NCBI RefSeq assembly: GCF_004010195.1
Contig: NC_057718.1
Span: 81,291,912 to 81,355,911, forward strand
DNA: 64,000 nucleotides
Source of the DNA: Chiloscyllium plagiosum
Lineage: Eukaryota
Direction of reading: 5' to 3'
Shown here in pieces: positions 52,554 through 64,000 of this stretch (position 1 is the stretch's first letter; every line of letters starts with the position of its first letter). The position numbers and the translations under genes were made by a program. The notes beneath the pieces were generated by a model. It did no database searches, was not told where the DNA came from, and saw only the letters and a list, made by a program, of their open reading frames with translations.

Positions 52554-54562
52554 GATACGGCATTTCTTTATGAAAGAGGAGCCCCTACAAATAAAGTAGC
52601 AGCCCCTGAAAATCAAAAGATAGTCCTTGAGAAAATCTTGAAAGGTACCCTTTGACTTGTGCTTTCAATCTATTGAATATCAGTTAGAGGTTTCACAAAG
52701 CTATCATTTGAATAATCCTACAATACGTGCACCAAGTCAAATCTTTAGAATTCACTTAATGTGCCAAAGTGCACTTTTGGGTCCTCCTTATGAGATCAGC
52801 AAGTTCACCTGCGTAGCAATGGAGGCAGCCGCACAAGGCAAGTTCCAATCTAAATCACCAGTTTGTGCAGAGTTAGTGAATCTTAATTGGCTAAGTGCTG
52901 AGAGCACTATTACTTACCAGTCAGTTAAGAAAAATAAATTATGCATAACTGTTCCTATTTGCCATCTAGCAGTCTCTACTGGAAATGTGTATGTGTGGGC
53001 AAAACTGGGCTTGGAGTGCTTGCTGTGGCTCATGGTATTTATTGTCAAGATTCACATCGGAAACAATAAATGAAGTATTAGGACCACCACAAAACTGTTA
53101 TCAAACATGGATTCTACAGGGGAAAGAGAATGGAGAAAATCAAAGCAAGTTAAAACTTCCAAGGCAAAAGAATTTTGAAAATGCATTTCTCTGCTTTGTA
53201 TGTATTGGAACGTTATACTATTTATGATGCTGATCACCACACATTTATTGCTTTAGGACTTAGGAATTATCAGAAGTCTATACATATATGAGATGCAGTC
53301 AAAGTGTTTGTATCTTTATTATTTTCTCCAATGGAGAGGTATATGTTTTTACAATTTTATTTTCTACTAATTCTGATTTGCCTCCTTACCACATTCATTT
53401 ATAAAATAGAATGTTAACTGTTTGCTATGTTTGTAATTTGTAGATTTTATTGTTATTGTGAATTCTATCTAGTGATTATATCTATATAGCAGGTATTTTA
53501 GGCTGTTTTAAGCACTAATGACTGTTGATAATACATGTGGGAAAAGTAAAACAGTGATGTCTGCTTAATATGTGCCAATGTTACAAAGGTCTGTACAAAA
53601 GTAAAGTACAATATTAGAGATTATAAGCATGGTTCTTTTGACAGTGTACTTTTGCAGCTACCAGTAAAGGTGGTGCAGTTTTAGTACTTCTTTACATGTG
53701 GTTCACACCAGTTTAAGCCATAAGTAAAGCAGAGGTATTTAAGTACTTTTTTCATGAAGGGTTTTTTTTGTGAGGCTCTAATCACAAGACAAGTGGCTGG
53801 AAGCTTTTGAGGTAAATAGAAGTATCTGAGAACTTCAGTCGTCGTCTTGTAGACAAGTATGTTTAAATCTGAACTTCTCCAGAGATCTAAAGTGCAGTAA
53901 TTAGAAGTCTTGAAGCAGAATTATGATTGTAATCGTTTAGTTGGAGAATGAAAGGATTGAATTGGGTCGTGCCTACCAACTAGATGAGTTTCCATGGGGA
54001 ATTTTAAGCATGTAATAAGCATTTGCTTAAGCCAGTTGGTGGGATTGTAGAAACTAATAAATTATGGGTTTGAAGGAGACGTCCCTGATTTCTCCACTGA
54101 AGCCCAACAACGAGCAAAACTGTTAGAAGGGGGCTTAGCTTCTTAATGAGAATGACCTGATCTGTGCTCCTGTGCTGTTGTTCAGCTTATTAAAGCTAAA
54201 CAGTTTCTGCTAAATACAGCACAGTAAGCACAATTCACAAGACACAGTTCATATCATATCCCCAGAGCTAAACATTGAATTTGATTGATCCAAACAAAAG
54301 TTAATTTCCCTCTGCTAGATTAGATCGTTTTTTTTTAACAATACTTTTAAAAAAATCATCAGTTATGATGTTTCAATATACATTAGTTTGCTGTTGACTT
54401 TCGAGTTTTCTTTTGTTCACCTATTTATTGAAAAACTTGTCAAATAAACCTTTTGAGGTTTATGGCAGGTTTGTGATTATAGTGGTGTTGGGCCTTTAAG
54501 CAATTCTGATACTATAGAAAACAATGTATATGATGGTTAGGCTTTTCTCTCTCTCTTCCCCT

Positions 54563-54597
54563 CCCCCCCCCCCCCCCCCCCCCCCCCCAGCCCCCCC
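54563..54597 (+). repeat. Poly-C tract (about C26-AG-C7)
   Basis: Direct observation. Confidence 0.9.
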
Positions 54598-55266
54598 GCG
54601 AACAATAAACTTTTGACTTCAAATTTGTTCTGTACCTTGTTAAGTGCAAGTAAATATATTCATTTTATTCCAATCCTGAAATAGATGAATCTCACTGAAG
54701 ATTGTTTAACTTTGTCACTGACTGCTACAATTTTAGTTAAAGCACTTTTATGAAATTCGGGGTTACTTAAAGCACTTGTGAGAAATATTTCTACATTTAC
54801 CACTTAATAGGAATCAATTCTTGATAAAACCAGGCAGATGTACAAAGAACATGAATGTAATGTTTCTTTTTAAGAAAAATGTATTTCTTTAGTGGCATCC
54901 ATAATTTCAAGAATTTCAAAATCCAACTGATGTTTTAGTTCAAAAAAAAGGTCAGAATGTTGAGATAATGCTCTGGCTCTGGCAGAGCAGTCTACCAAAA
55001 GCATTAGATTAAACAGCTTTTGAGATTTTGTTTTTTGTATGGAGGCAGCTTGGTTGGGTGTGGCCAGCACTCTCAGACCAGGATTTTTTTTTTAGGTTTA
55101 GCATTAAGCAGTTGCTATTCTGGACTTGAAGAAGTAGAAACTATCTTTTCTGCCTCTTGGTTTCAGCGAGAAGCTGGAGTTTCTTTCTGCTACTGGGTTA
55201 CCTGTGAGACAAATCTATTCTTCTAAATATTCCTTTTTGCCAAGGGATGTATTTAATGGATGTTAC

Positions 55267-56015
55267 TGTGAGAAACAAAGCTCACACACTTCTATAATTG
55301 CAGTCCGAGACAAAATCTGAATCAGTCGTATCCTTTATTTTTACCCTTGCAAGTGGGTGTGATGTCCAGTTCCAAGCAAGGCAGAGGACATACACACCAA
55401 ATTCAACAAACTCTCGATATTTATATAATTTGGTTCTTACATGTTTTTTTCATATTTCATTATTTCTCCCCCTGTTTACATCCTCCACTTCCTTAAGACT
55501 GGTCCCACCACTCCTGCTTATCGCTTGTCTTATCCGGCCTTGTCTGTGACAAAATGCTTATTTCTGGCCTCACAAGGCCGTTTGACCTAATCCTACTGCA
55601 GGTCATTGTTAGGCATATTCTTTCTTCATCAGTATCTACTCTTTCCATCTGGGCTTCTCCCGAAGCCACTCTGATCCCTATGACCTCTTTAATTAGGGTT
55701 TGTTCCTGTGTCTCTGTAAAAGTGGGAAACAGATGTTTGGACAGGCGTATCTGGCCTAACTTCATCCCCTCACAACATCTTATCTATTTGCCCATAATAT
55801 CGACCATTGTTTTGCAATCACGTTTCACGCTGGCATACAATTTTAGCTAATACAAAAACAATTATATATTTCCTCCACATAGTTTCCATTCTTGTTGACT
55901 CAGCTCCTGGCCGAAACAACCACACACTGATGTGAGTTCATTTACTTTGTATCAGAAATTATAATTGCAGAATTGCAGAACTGCAGAAGAACCATTAATT
56001 TACCTCTATCCCACA
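55267..56015 (-). mobile_element. 749-bp solo LTR nested in another LTR-like repeat (about 54860-56262)
   Basis: TGTG...CACA termini; 4-bp TSD ttac at 55263-55266 and 56016-56019; AATAAA on the minus strand near 55335. Confidence 0.75.
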
Positions 56016-56439
56016 TTACTATATTGGAACAGTTAATGAGTAATAGTTACTGTATGTATTATTCTTACGTTTTCCAAAGAATTAAGTTATTCTAAATTTC
56101 TCAGTTTTTGGTTGTACTTTAACAATAGTGTTTAAATAAATTGTGTTTTGCTGAATGTCAAATAGTTTGGTTAGTCACATTGTATCTCGAACACGGCACT
56201 TTTCATTTGCCTTTAAATAAGAAAAAGTTAGGGTCATATTTTGAGGAGTGTGGTCTCTAACAAAACGTTAGCACAGCAAAATGCTACTTATAGCAATGTG
56301 AGAATGAACAGATGATCTATTTTGAGTGTTGACATTATAAATAATCAAGGAGCGCATCAAAAGTCCCTTTCCTTCCAATTTGCCATTTTGTATGTTGTCA
56401 ACTCCTGTTTTAATTTTTTTTTCCTCTTGATGATATGGA

Positions 56440-56895
56440 AAAGACTGGAAATGCTGAGATGAAGCTGACAATTCCAACAACACTAAAGAAACTGAACACA
56501 ATCCAGGACAAAGCAGTCCATCTTTTTAGCACTCTATTCATAACCTACAAATTCACTCCCTTTCCAGTGACAGCAGCATGTACTATCAACGCTGCAACAA
56601 CTGTCCATGGTTCCTTCAACAGAATTTTCCTCTATTGCTTTGAAGTACTTTAATAGCAGGTACATGGGAATATCATCTGCAAGTTTCTGCCCAGGCCCCC
56701 CACCATTCTGGCTCGGAATTATGTTGCCATTTCTTCACTGTTGATGAGTCAAAATCTTGGAACTGTTTTCTTAACCATACTTTGTCTGTAGCTACATCCC
56801 AAGGATTGGTATAGCCCAAGAAGGCAGCATCCCACCACCTTTTCAAGAGCAATTCAAGATTGGTAATGAATATCTGCACGGCCAGTGACACACAC
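56440..56895 (+). mobile_element. LINE 3' end (L2/CR1 group, probably the same family as 21080-21840)
   Basis: PTTLKKLNTIQDKAVHL; tail gcagcatcccaccaccttttcaagagcaatt. Confidence 0.7.
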
Positions 56896-59800
56896 CTATT
56901 ATATAGGATCTTAAAACTTCAAAGTGCTCTGTCAGTAAATTCACATATTATTAATGCCACACATTGGCCAGAGTGTTTGTAATGGACTAAAGATGCCGAA
57001 AATCTCCATCTTGCTTAAATATTGAATGATGCCTTCAGTGTAAGGGCAGTTTTAAACTCATTGCAGGTTTAGTGTAGACCCTGTTGTTTTGGCATTAACT
57101 TGTTCTGTTCTTAAAAGAAAACAGTCTAGATGTCTCTCCTGACATATAATGTGTCATCAGAGAGTAGTCAACATTTCGATTATGATGTATGGAAATCCTC
57201 AGCACTGTATTTTTCAACTAAGGTACTGGAATCACATTTTTCTTTCAAAAAGTGCTTGTTAATACAGAGATCTGAAATATCAGGCTTGGGTCAACTTGCT
57301 AAAGGAACTTTTGTGGTTGACTTCTTATTCTGTTAATGTTCTTAAACCAATCAAAAGACTGAGTAGTTGAAAATTGAGTTCATTCTTCTGGCTTTTCAAA
57401 TCTGCGATAAAGTGAAAACTGCCTTTGTTCAGTGCCAGTGTCCTCTATGAGAAAATTGATTATTTTATTGAGTTATTATTATGAATGCATTAGGTAGTGC
57501 ATTTTGTGAATGAGTTAAAAGGTTTTTTGTCCTCTTGGCACTGACAAGACAGGGGTGATGAATGAGAATCATTGACTGCAAGATGTGATTCAGTAAGTAT
57601 GACTGTCAGTCTGTTACTTGACTCAGCTGTGGAACAGTTATTCCAGGTTTGGCACAGATCTAGCTACTGTGAGGAGCTACTGTGTGCAGGATCAGTGTGG
57701 CCCAAGGAAACTCCATTGTTTCTAATCCCGAGGATGATGCCAGATTTCCATCTAAATTTATTCTTTGACTTTTTTAGTAGCATTTTTGTATGACTGTGTC
57801 ACTTCGTAAATGATTTCAGAGGGTAGTATTGTATCAGATGATGGATATGAAAGGAATCATCTGAGCTAAGCTGAAATTCAGCCCACTCTGCAATATGTGA
57901 CAGCCACTTGGTGGAGCTATAGACAACTTTAGAGAGTTTTGGGCAGTTGTAGTTGGAGACAGTCGTTTCTTCGACGACTCATGTTACAGTATGCTGATTA
58001 TAACCTATATATGTTGAAAAGCTGTAATGCTCCTTATTTTGTTAACTAAGATAAATGCTGCTTCAGCTGAGACATATTTGCAGTTCATCCTTTACCACAG
58101 CCTGCTACCTAAGGATTCCAGGTCTTGCTAGCACTATTGTAACAGGTATTGTCCACCAGATTTCTGAGAGTCTGAAGTCGCAGTGCAGTCAAATTATGTA
58201 AAAGCAACAGATTTCTTCCCTAAAATTTTATTCCTGAGTCCTAATTAGTGGACAAGATGGAATGTTTTAAATAAAATCCTGTAGTCTCATGCTTACCATT
58301 GTTGATACTAACTTTATATTGAAAATTTGATAATTGCATTTGAATTGTACCAGCTGCTGTGATGGGATTTGAACTCTCGTTTCTGGACCATTATGCAAGT
58401 CTTCTGAATTACTAGTCTATGATAGGATTTCCATTGTCAATAATAACTTAATTTCGTGCTAATTGAGTTTTGTTTGAATTTTATCAAGCAGATCCTTCAT
58501 TGATTGAAATACTAATGAGTTTATTCGATAACAAAGTTTCACTTATTACTGAAGTATTAGTTTTGGCATATTTATTTTTAAATATGTTTAATTTTATAAA
58601 AATTCTTTTATGCACTCTGTCAATTTCATTGATTATAAACATCTATGTCCACGGTTGTCATGGAAATTATTTATGTAAATTGCTATGCTGTAACCTACAA
58701 TGATAAACCCTTTCCCCAAAGCTCTAAGACCGATAGGAAGGTATAATTACAAAAGACAAATTTGCATGGGCAGTTTTCATTATTACTAATGGGGCATTAG
58801 GACATCTTCCAGAAGTATAAAAATAAGGACAGAATGTATAACTTTACACTGGGGCTGAAAAAACTTTTGGATTTTAGTCCAATTGCTCCCATACTCTGAT
58901 CAATTTCATCTGAAAGTTATACTTGCTGTTGACACCCCCATAAGAGGTGGAACATTTGCCTCCTCAGTGGAAAATAATTCTGACATTGGCTCTGTTAGCA
59001 AGTCACCTTTCTACGTATGCCAGATTTTCTACATTTTATTAGCAATTTGTTTCCTTTGTTAATAAGACACAGATGGAAGACACATTGGGCAGAAATTTAT
59101 TCCCATGACAGAAAAATTGGCACTGAGCTGACAGAGACAAAACAAACCTGCTGCACAACCATAAATGTGTAGAGTTTGTGGACAGTGAGAAATTAGCCTC
59201 TCAATTAGAGGAAGTCTCACCCTCTTGAACTGTTGGTTAGTTAGATGAGCAGACAGTTTCAAGAGACCCCTTGTGCCAGACTTCTGTACTAGGCACGGTG
59301 AGGACTGCAGGCAGGCCCACACAGGAGGCCCATTAGAGCTCCAGACCCAGGTGTGATGGGAGCATTAAGTAGGGAAAGCTTTCTCACCTTAGGGCAAGGG
59401 CAGAGGGTGGAAGGATGGATTTCGTGGGGAGCAGAGTGCTGCCAATTGGCAAAGGACATCCTCAAATGATGGCACACTCCATTCTCCACCATGGTAAAAG
59501 TTTTTAAACAGAAAATGTCCATTCCTACCTACCTTCTCATACCAACTGTTTTATTGTGTGGGCATGGTCAATTGAGCTTTTAACAGGATAATGTAGGCTC
59601 CAGACCCAATTTCACCCTAATTAATTTCTGGATGAGAAGACCCAAGCTGAACTTTCCTGCCCCACAATCAGTTTGCGACCCTTAATTGGTGTAAGGCCAT
59701 ATCCTGTTTGGACTGCAATTACCTCAGGGGGAAGGGGGAGGAAAGAAAAAAGACACCGTGTGCAGTCTGTTACTTTTACAGGGTTGGCGGGCATGCGTGG

Positions 59801-60345
59801 GCACTAATTTTGATCAGATCAATGGGCTGGACCGAGAACAAGGGGAGCAGGTTCTCAGAGCCACAGTGCCACCACCAAAGCAACTCTTCCAATTCCCATC
59901 AGGGTACTGCATCCTGTGAGTCTAGGGTGATGTTCTGGGAATGCCATATTCTGAAATTGCCAGTGTCTGATTTGCTAATAGCTTCAAATGAGCAGGACTG
60001 CCTGTTCTGGTGACCTTATTCCAGTAAATATCCAGCTGCATGATTGGCAGAAGCTCCTATGGTTTTTCTCACCTTTGTAGGTCATAAGTTTCCCTCTTGG
60101 AAACTCTTCTGTTAGTCTGACAACTGGAAAATCTTGGTGTTTTCTAATTTCTGATTATGCATGACACAAATAGAAGCTTGTAGGATACATTTAACATTTT
60201 TACTTTTTTTATTATCTTGGGTGATGGCCAATTTGGTCTAAATTTCTGATCTTCACAGCATAGGCTAAACGTAATTGGCTTCTTTTAAATATCAATAAAG
60301 GGGTTTAGGGATATACAGATAATGTGTTCAACAGCTAAATGTGTT

Positions 60346-60655
60346 AGCGAGTTTTGAGAAGATTTGTAGCTCAGGTTGAGGTTCTGGATGTAGGTTTGCT
60401 TGCTGAGCTGGAAGGTTCATTTCCAGATGTTTCGTCACCTTATTAGGTAACATCTTCAGTGGAGTTAGACCCCATTTACCACCCTCTGAGAAAAAGAACA
60501 GGAAATGACATCACCAACCCAAAGAAACCCAAACATATAGATAGAAAGCAGGAATCATGAACAGTGCTTCGCCCGGAGGCCCACTGAAGATGTTACCTAG
60601 TAGGGTGATGAAACACCTGGAAATGAACCCTCCAGCTCAGCAAGCAAATCTGCAT
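60346..60655. mobile_element. Short Penelope element: inverted terminal repeats, each with a hammerhead-like core
   Basis: 15-bp TSD acag(c/t)taaatgtgtt at 60331-60345 and 60656-60670; cores at 60426-60459 (-) and 60584-60617 (+); internal ELDPIYHPLR matches the GIY-YIG C-terminus of the 42-kb element. Confidence 0.85.
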
Positions 60656-61959
60656 ACAGTTAAATGTGTTTCCATTAACATAAATGATGGATTTTCAAAC
60701 TTAAATCTCTTCCCAACACCTTACAAAATCAAGAGCAAAAGTGGCACAGTGGAAACCTCGAATCTGCTGAACCGGTTACTGACTAGAAATACTGAACACA
60801 CGAGTGCCCTGAAAGATTTTTCCCTTGGTATGTTTTTGGCTGGATATTTTGTAGAGGCAATTTATTATAAATAATAATTCAATAGAAAGATATGATGGGA
60901 GTGTGTGACTTACTTTTAGTTTGTGTGAAAACATCCTTTCCATATGAGAGAGAAAGCTTTTATTGTCTGCATTTATTGAATTTTGCTATTGTAAATCTGT
61001 TTTACCAAATTTGTCCTTGATGTATACTTGAGAGATTCTCGGTGTAGTACTTGTTCTATATACATCTAGCAATATTTCCCTAACCATGTAGATGGAAGCT
61101 TTTTTTGTCAAATGCGTGAATTTTTAAATTTATGTGTAGTTTTACAACTCTGTCTTTGATTTAGCCTGTGGTAAATATGCATTACCCCCAAACTTTATAA
61201 CCTGATCTCAATGTATCTATAAACCTCAATCAAAGGTAATGATCTTAACGGAGAAGGATATCTTGAATTTGTAGAAAATGTATTACAGATAATTCTTTAG
61301 GACAAAAGTGTTAAATTTATAATTGACTACAAATATTTCAATTGAAAGGATTCTGACTGTTTGTGAATAAGTGACTCCAGGATTTCTTGATGGTGTCTGG
61401 CCGTGTCTGTAATTATTTAAACTTCTAACAAACATAGATTTCTTTTACCACTGTGATACTAAATCCAATCTGTACTTCTGCTTCCTTTTTTCAATTAAAT
61501 ATTTTGTGCTGCTGATTTCATTTGTGGAGATGAAGATGATTTGACAGTTTTTACATTATTTCCTATTTTTATCTGTTTTGCTTTTTGTTGGCAGTCAGTG
61601 AGCTTTCTTAGAAAAAGCAACTCGCAATAAAATAGGTAATTGGCTAGTTTCTGCCAGTTCCCATTGACATCCAGCTTTGCTAAACATGAATCTGTTTTTC
61701 AGAGGGCATGTTCTGTTTCAAAGAAAAGGGCTTATGACTCAAGACTATTGAGTTAATATTTAGAACAATTATGTTAGGTTATTGTCTGCATTTCTTTGTG
61801 AGTGTATATACTCTATTTATACCTGTCAGAATACTTGATTTTTGTGGATTTACTGTCTAGTTGTAGTGTAAAAATACTTATTCTCTAGCTTTGTTTTTAG
61901 TATAAATAAAGATTTCTCCTTCTACACTCTCCTGGCTTAAAGAGCTTAAAGTTAGAGTT

Positions 61960-64000
61960 TTTAAAGCACAGAAAGAGGTCCTTTGGCCTTTTGTGTGCAT
62001 GCTGGTCATCAAACATCCATCTATTCTCACCCCAATTTCTAGCACTTGGTCCCTCACCTTGTATCCCCTGGTGTTTCAAGTGCTCATCTAAGGGTTCCTG
62101 CCTCACCACCCTTTAATGTAACATGCTTCAGAATTTCCTTCCAACTGGTATTAGGTTCACTGACATGTAGTTTCCTGATTGATCCTTGCCACCTTTCTTA
62201 AATAATGGTATAGCAAAAGCTACCCTTCAGTCCACTGGCACCCCACCTGTAGCCATAGAGGATTTCAAATTAATGTCAGACTCTTGCAATCCCACAGCAT
62301 ACCTTGGATACATTTAAGGGTCGGTGATGGCCTAATGGTATTATTGCTAGACTATTAATCCAAAGACCCAGGAAATATTCCAATGAGTACTGACCCAAAT
62401 CTACTGAACATGTCCTTGTAACACTTAACTGGTATCAGCTTAGTAAATCGCCTTTGGACTGTGTCCAATGCCGGTATATCTTTCCTTCGATAAGAAGCCA
62501 AAATCTGTTCACATATGCCAGTTGAGGTCTGACGTGTGTTTTTCAATTCAATTCCATTTGAAATAAAGGCCAATATGTCATTTACTTTCCTGTTACACTC
62601 TGAATTTCGATGTTAGCTTCTTGTGATTTATGGGTGAGAACTCTTGTGTTCACTGGCTTTCTTCAATTAAATAAAAATCAGCAGTTCTGTTCTTCCTGCC
62701 AAAATGCATAACCTCACATTTTCCCACATTATATTCCTTCTACCAAGTTTTTGCCCTCTTATCAAACCTTTCCCTATCCCTCTGCAGTCTCACTGTGTTG
62801 TTGTCACCACTTGCCTTCCCATATATTTTTCTGTCATCTACATTATTGCTATAGTACATTCATTTTCCTCATTCAAGTCATTAATACATTTATTGTAAAT
62901 AATTGTGGCCTCCGCACTGATCTTTGTAGCACTCTATTAGTTACAAGTTCCCATCCTGAAAGTGCTTCGTTTTTCCCAACTCTGTCTTCTATTGGTTAGC
63001 CAATCCTCTATGCGTACTAATAGACTACCTCCAATACCATGGATTCTTAACTTATTCAGTAGCCTAATGTGTACATAGCACCTTATCAAACACCTCTGAA
63101 TCTCCAAATATTGCGTCCACTGGTTCCTCTTTATTTTTGCTGCTTGCTACCTATTCAAAGACTTATAGTAAATTTGTCAGGTATGATTTCCCCTTCCTGA
63201 AGCCATGCTAACTTTGCTTGATCATATTATGCATTTGTAAATGTTCTGTTATGACATTGTTTATAATACAATGTAATATTCTTCCAATAACCAATGTTAA
63301 ACCAATTGGCCTATCGTTATTTATTTTTGTCTCTTTACCATTTTAAATAAACGTGTTACATTTGACAGATTTCCAATCTTTTGACATTTTTCTAGAATCT
63401 AAAGATTCATGGAAGATTACTACCAGTGCATACACTACTCAGTTAATTCCTTTAATATCTTATCATGCATCCCATCAACTCCAGGGAACTTATGGTTATT
63501 TAGCCCCATTAGCTTCCTCCTTACTTTCTATCCATTGATAATTTTGAATTTACTTCCTTGCCTCTTTTTTTACCCCTGAAGTATTTAGTTATTTTAGGAT
63601 GTTATTAGTGTCTTCTACTGTGAAGACTGATTCAAGGTATTTATTTAACTCGTCTGCCATTTCCATTTTACCCAATATTATTTTCCAACCTCATTCTCAA
63701 AGGGCCTTCTTTCTTCTTTTATATATATTTAAAGAAGCTCTTGTTATCTGTCTTGATATGATTTAAAAATTTACCTTCAAAGTTTATTTTCTTCCTTTTC
63801 TTTGTTGTCTTTTGTTAGTTTTTAAGATTTCCTGAATTCTCTGGTTTATCATGAAGCTGAGCCATGTTTGCAGTTTTTTTTCTTTCAACCTCGTGCTGTC
63901 CTTAACTTTCCTGATCAACCATGGTTGTGTTGTATCCTTCCTAGGAAACTTCATCCTCACTTGGAATATGTCTCTGCTGTGAGCCATAAATGATTTTCTT
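61960..64000 (-). mobile_element. Decayed CR1 LINE fragments running off the window end
   Basis: RRKDIPALDTVQRRFTKLIP and other ORF2 remnants. Confidence 0.8.

Noticed and set aside
54563..54597. Functional G-quadruplex or i-motif
   Set aside because: A homopolymer of uncertain assembled length with no supporting context

Overview
Eukaryotic, AT-rich, repeat-dense DNA. The repeat content (HE1/V-SINE-like SINEs, CR1 LINEs, a DeuSINE-like element, Penelope-like elements) points to a cartilaginous fish, probably a shark; this is inferred from recalled family motifs, not from a database search. The only host coding sequence I can recognise is one 144-nt phase-0 internal exon of QKI (15621-15764, + strand, KH domain C-terminal half, equivalent to human exon 4). 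I found neither neighbouring exon, so the rest of the window appears to be QKI intron (>15.6 kb upstream, >48 kb downstream). Almost all other listed ORFs are decayed transposon fragments or noise. The most notable observations are: (1) several families of Penelope-derived short elements carrying minimal hammerhead-ribozyme cores, including a young, TSD-flanked 90-bp palindrome at 28873-29105; (2) a candidate stop-containing cassette exon in a repeat-poor intronic island with QKI- and RBFOX-type motifs (about 34.4 kb), and a second candidate at about 61.6 kb; (3) nested and rearranged transposon insertions whose history can be read from the sequence. Repeat boundaries are approximate unless a TSD is given.
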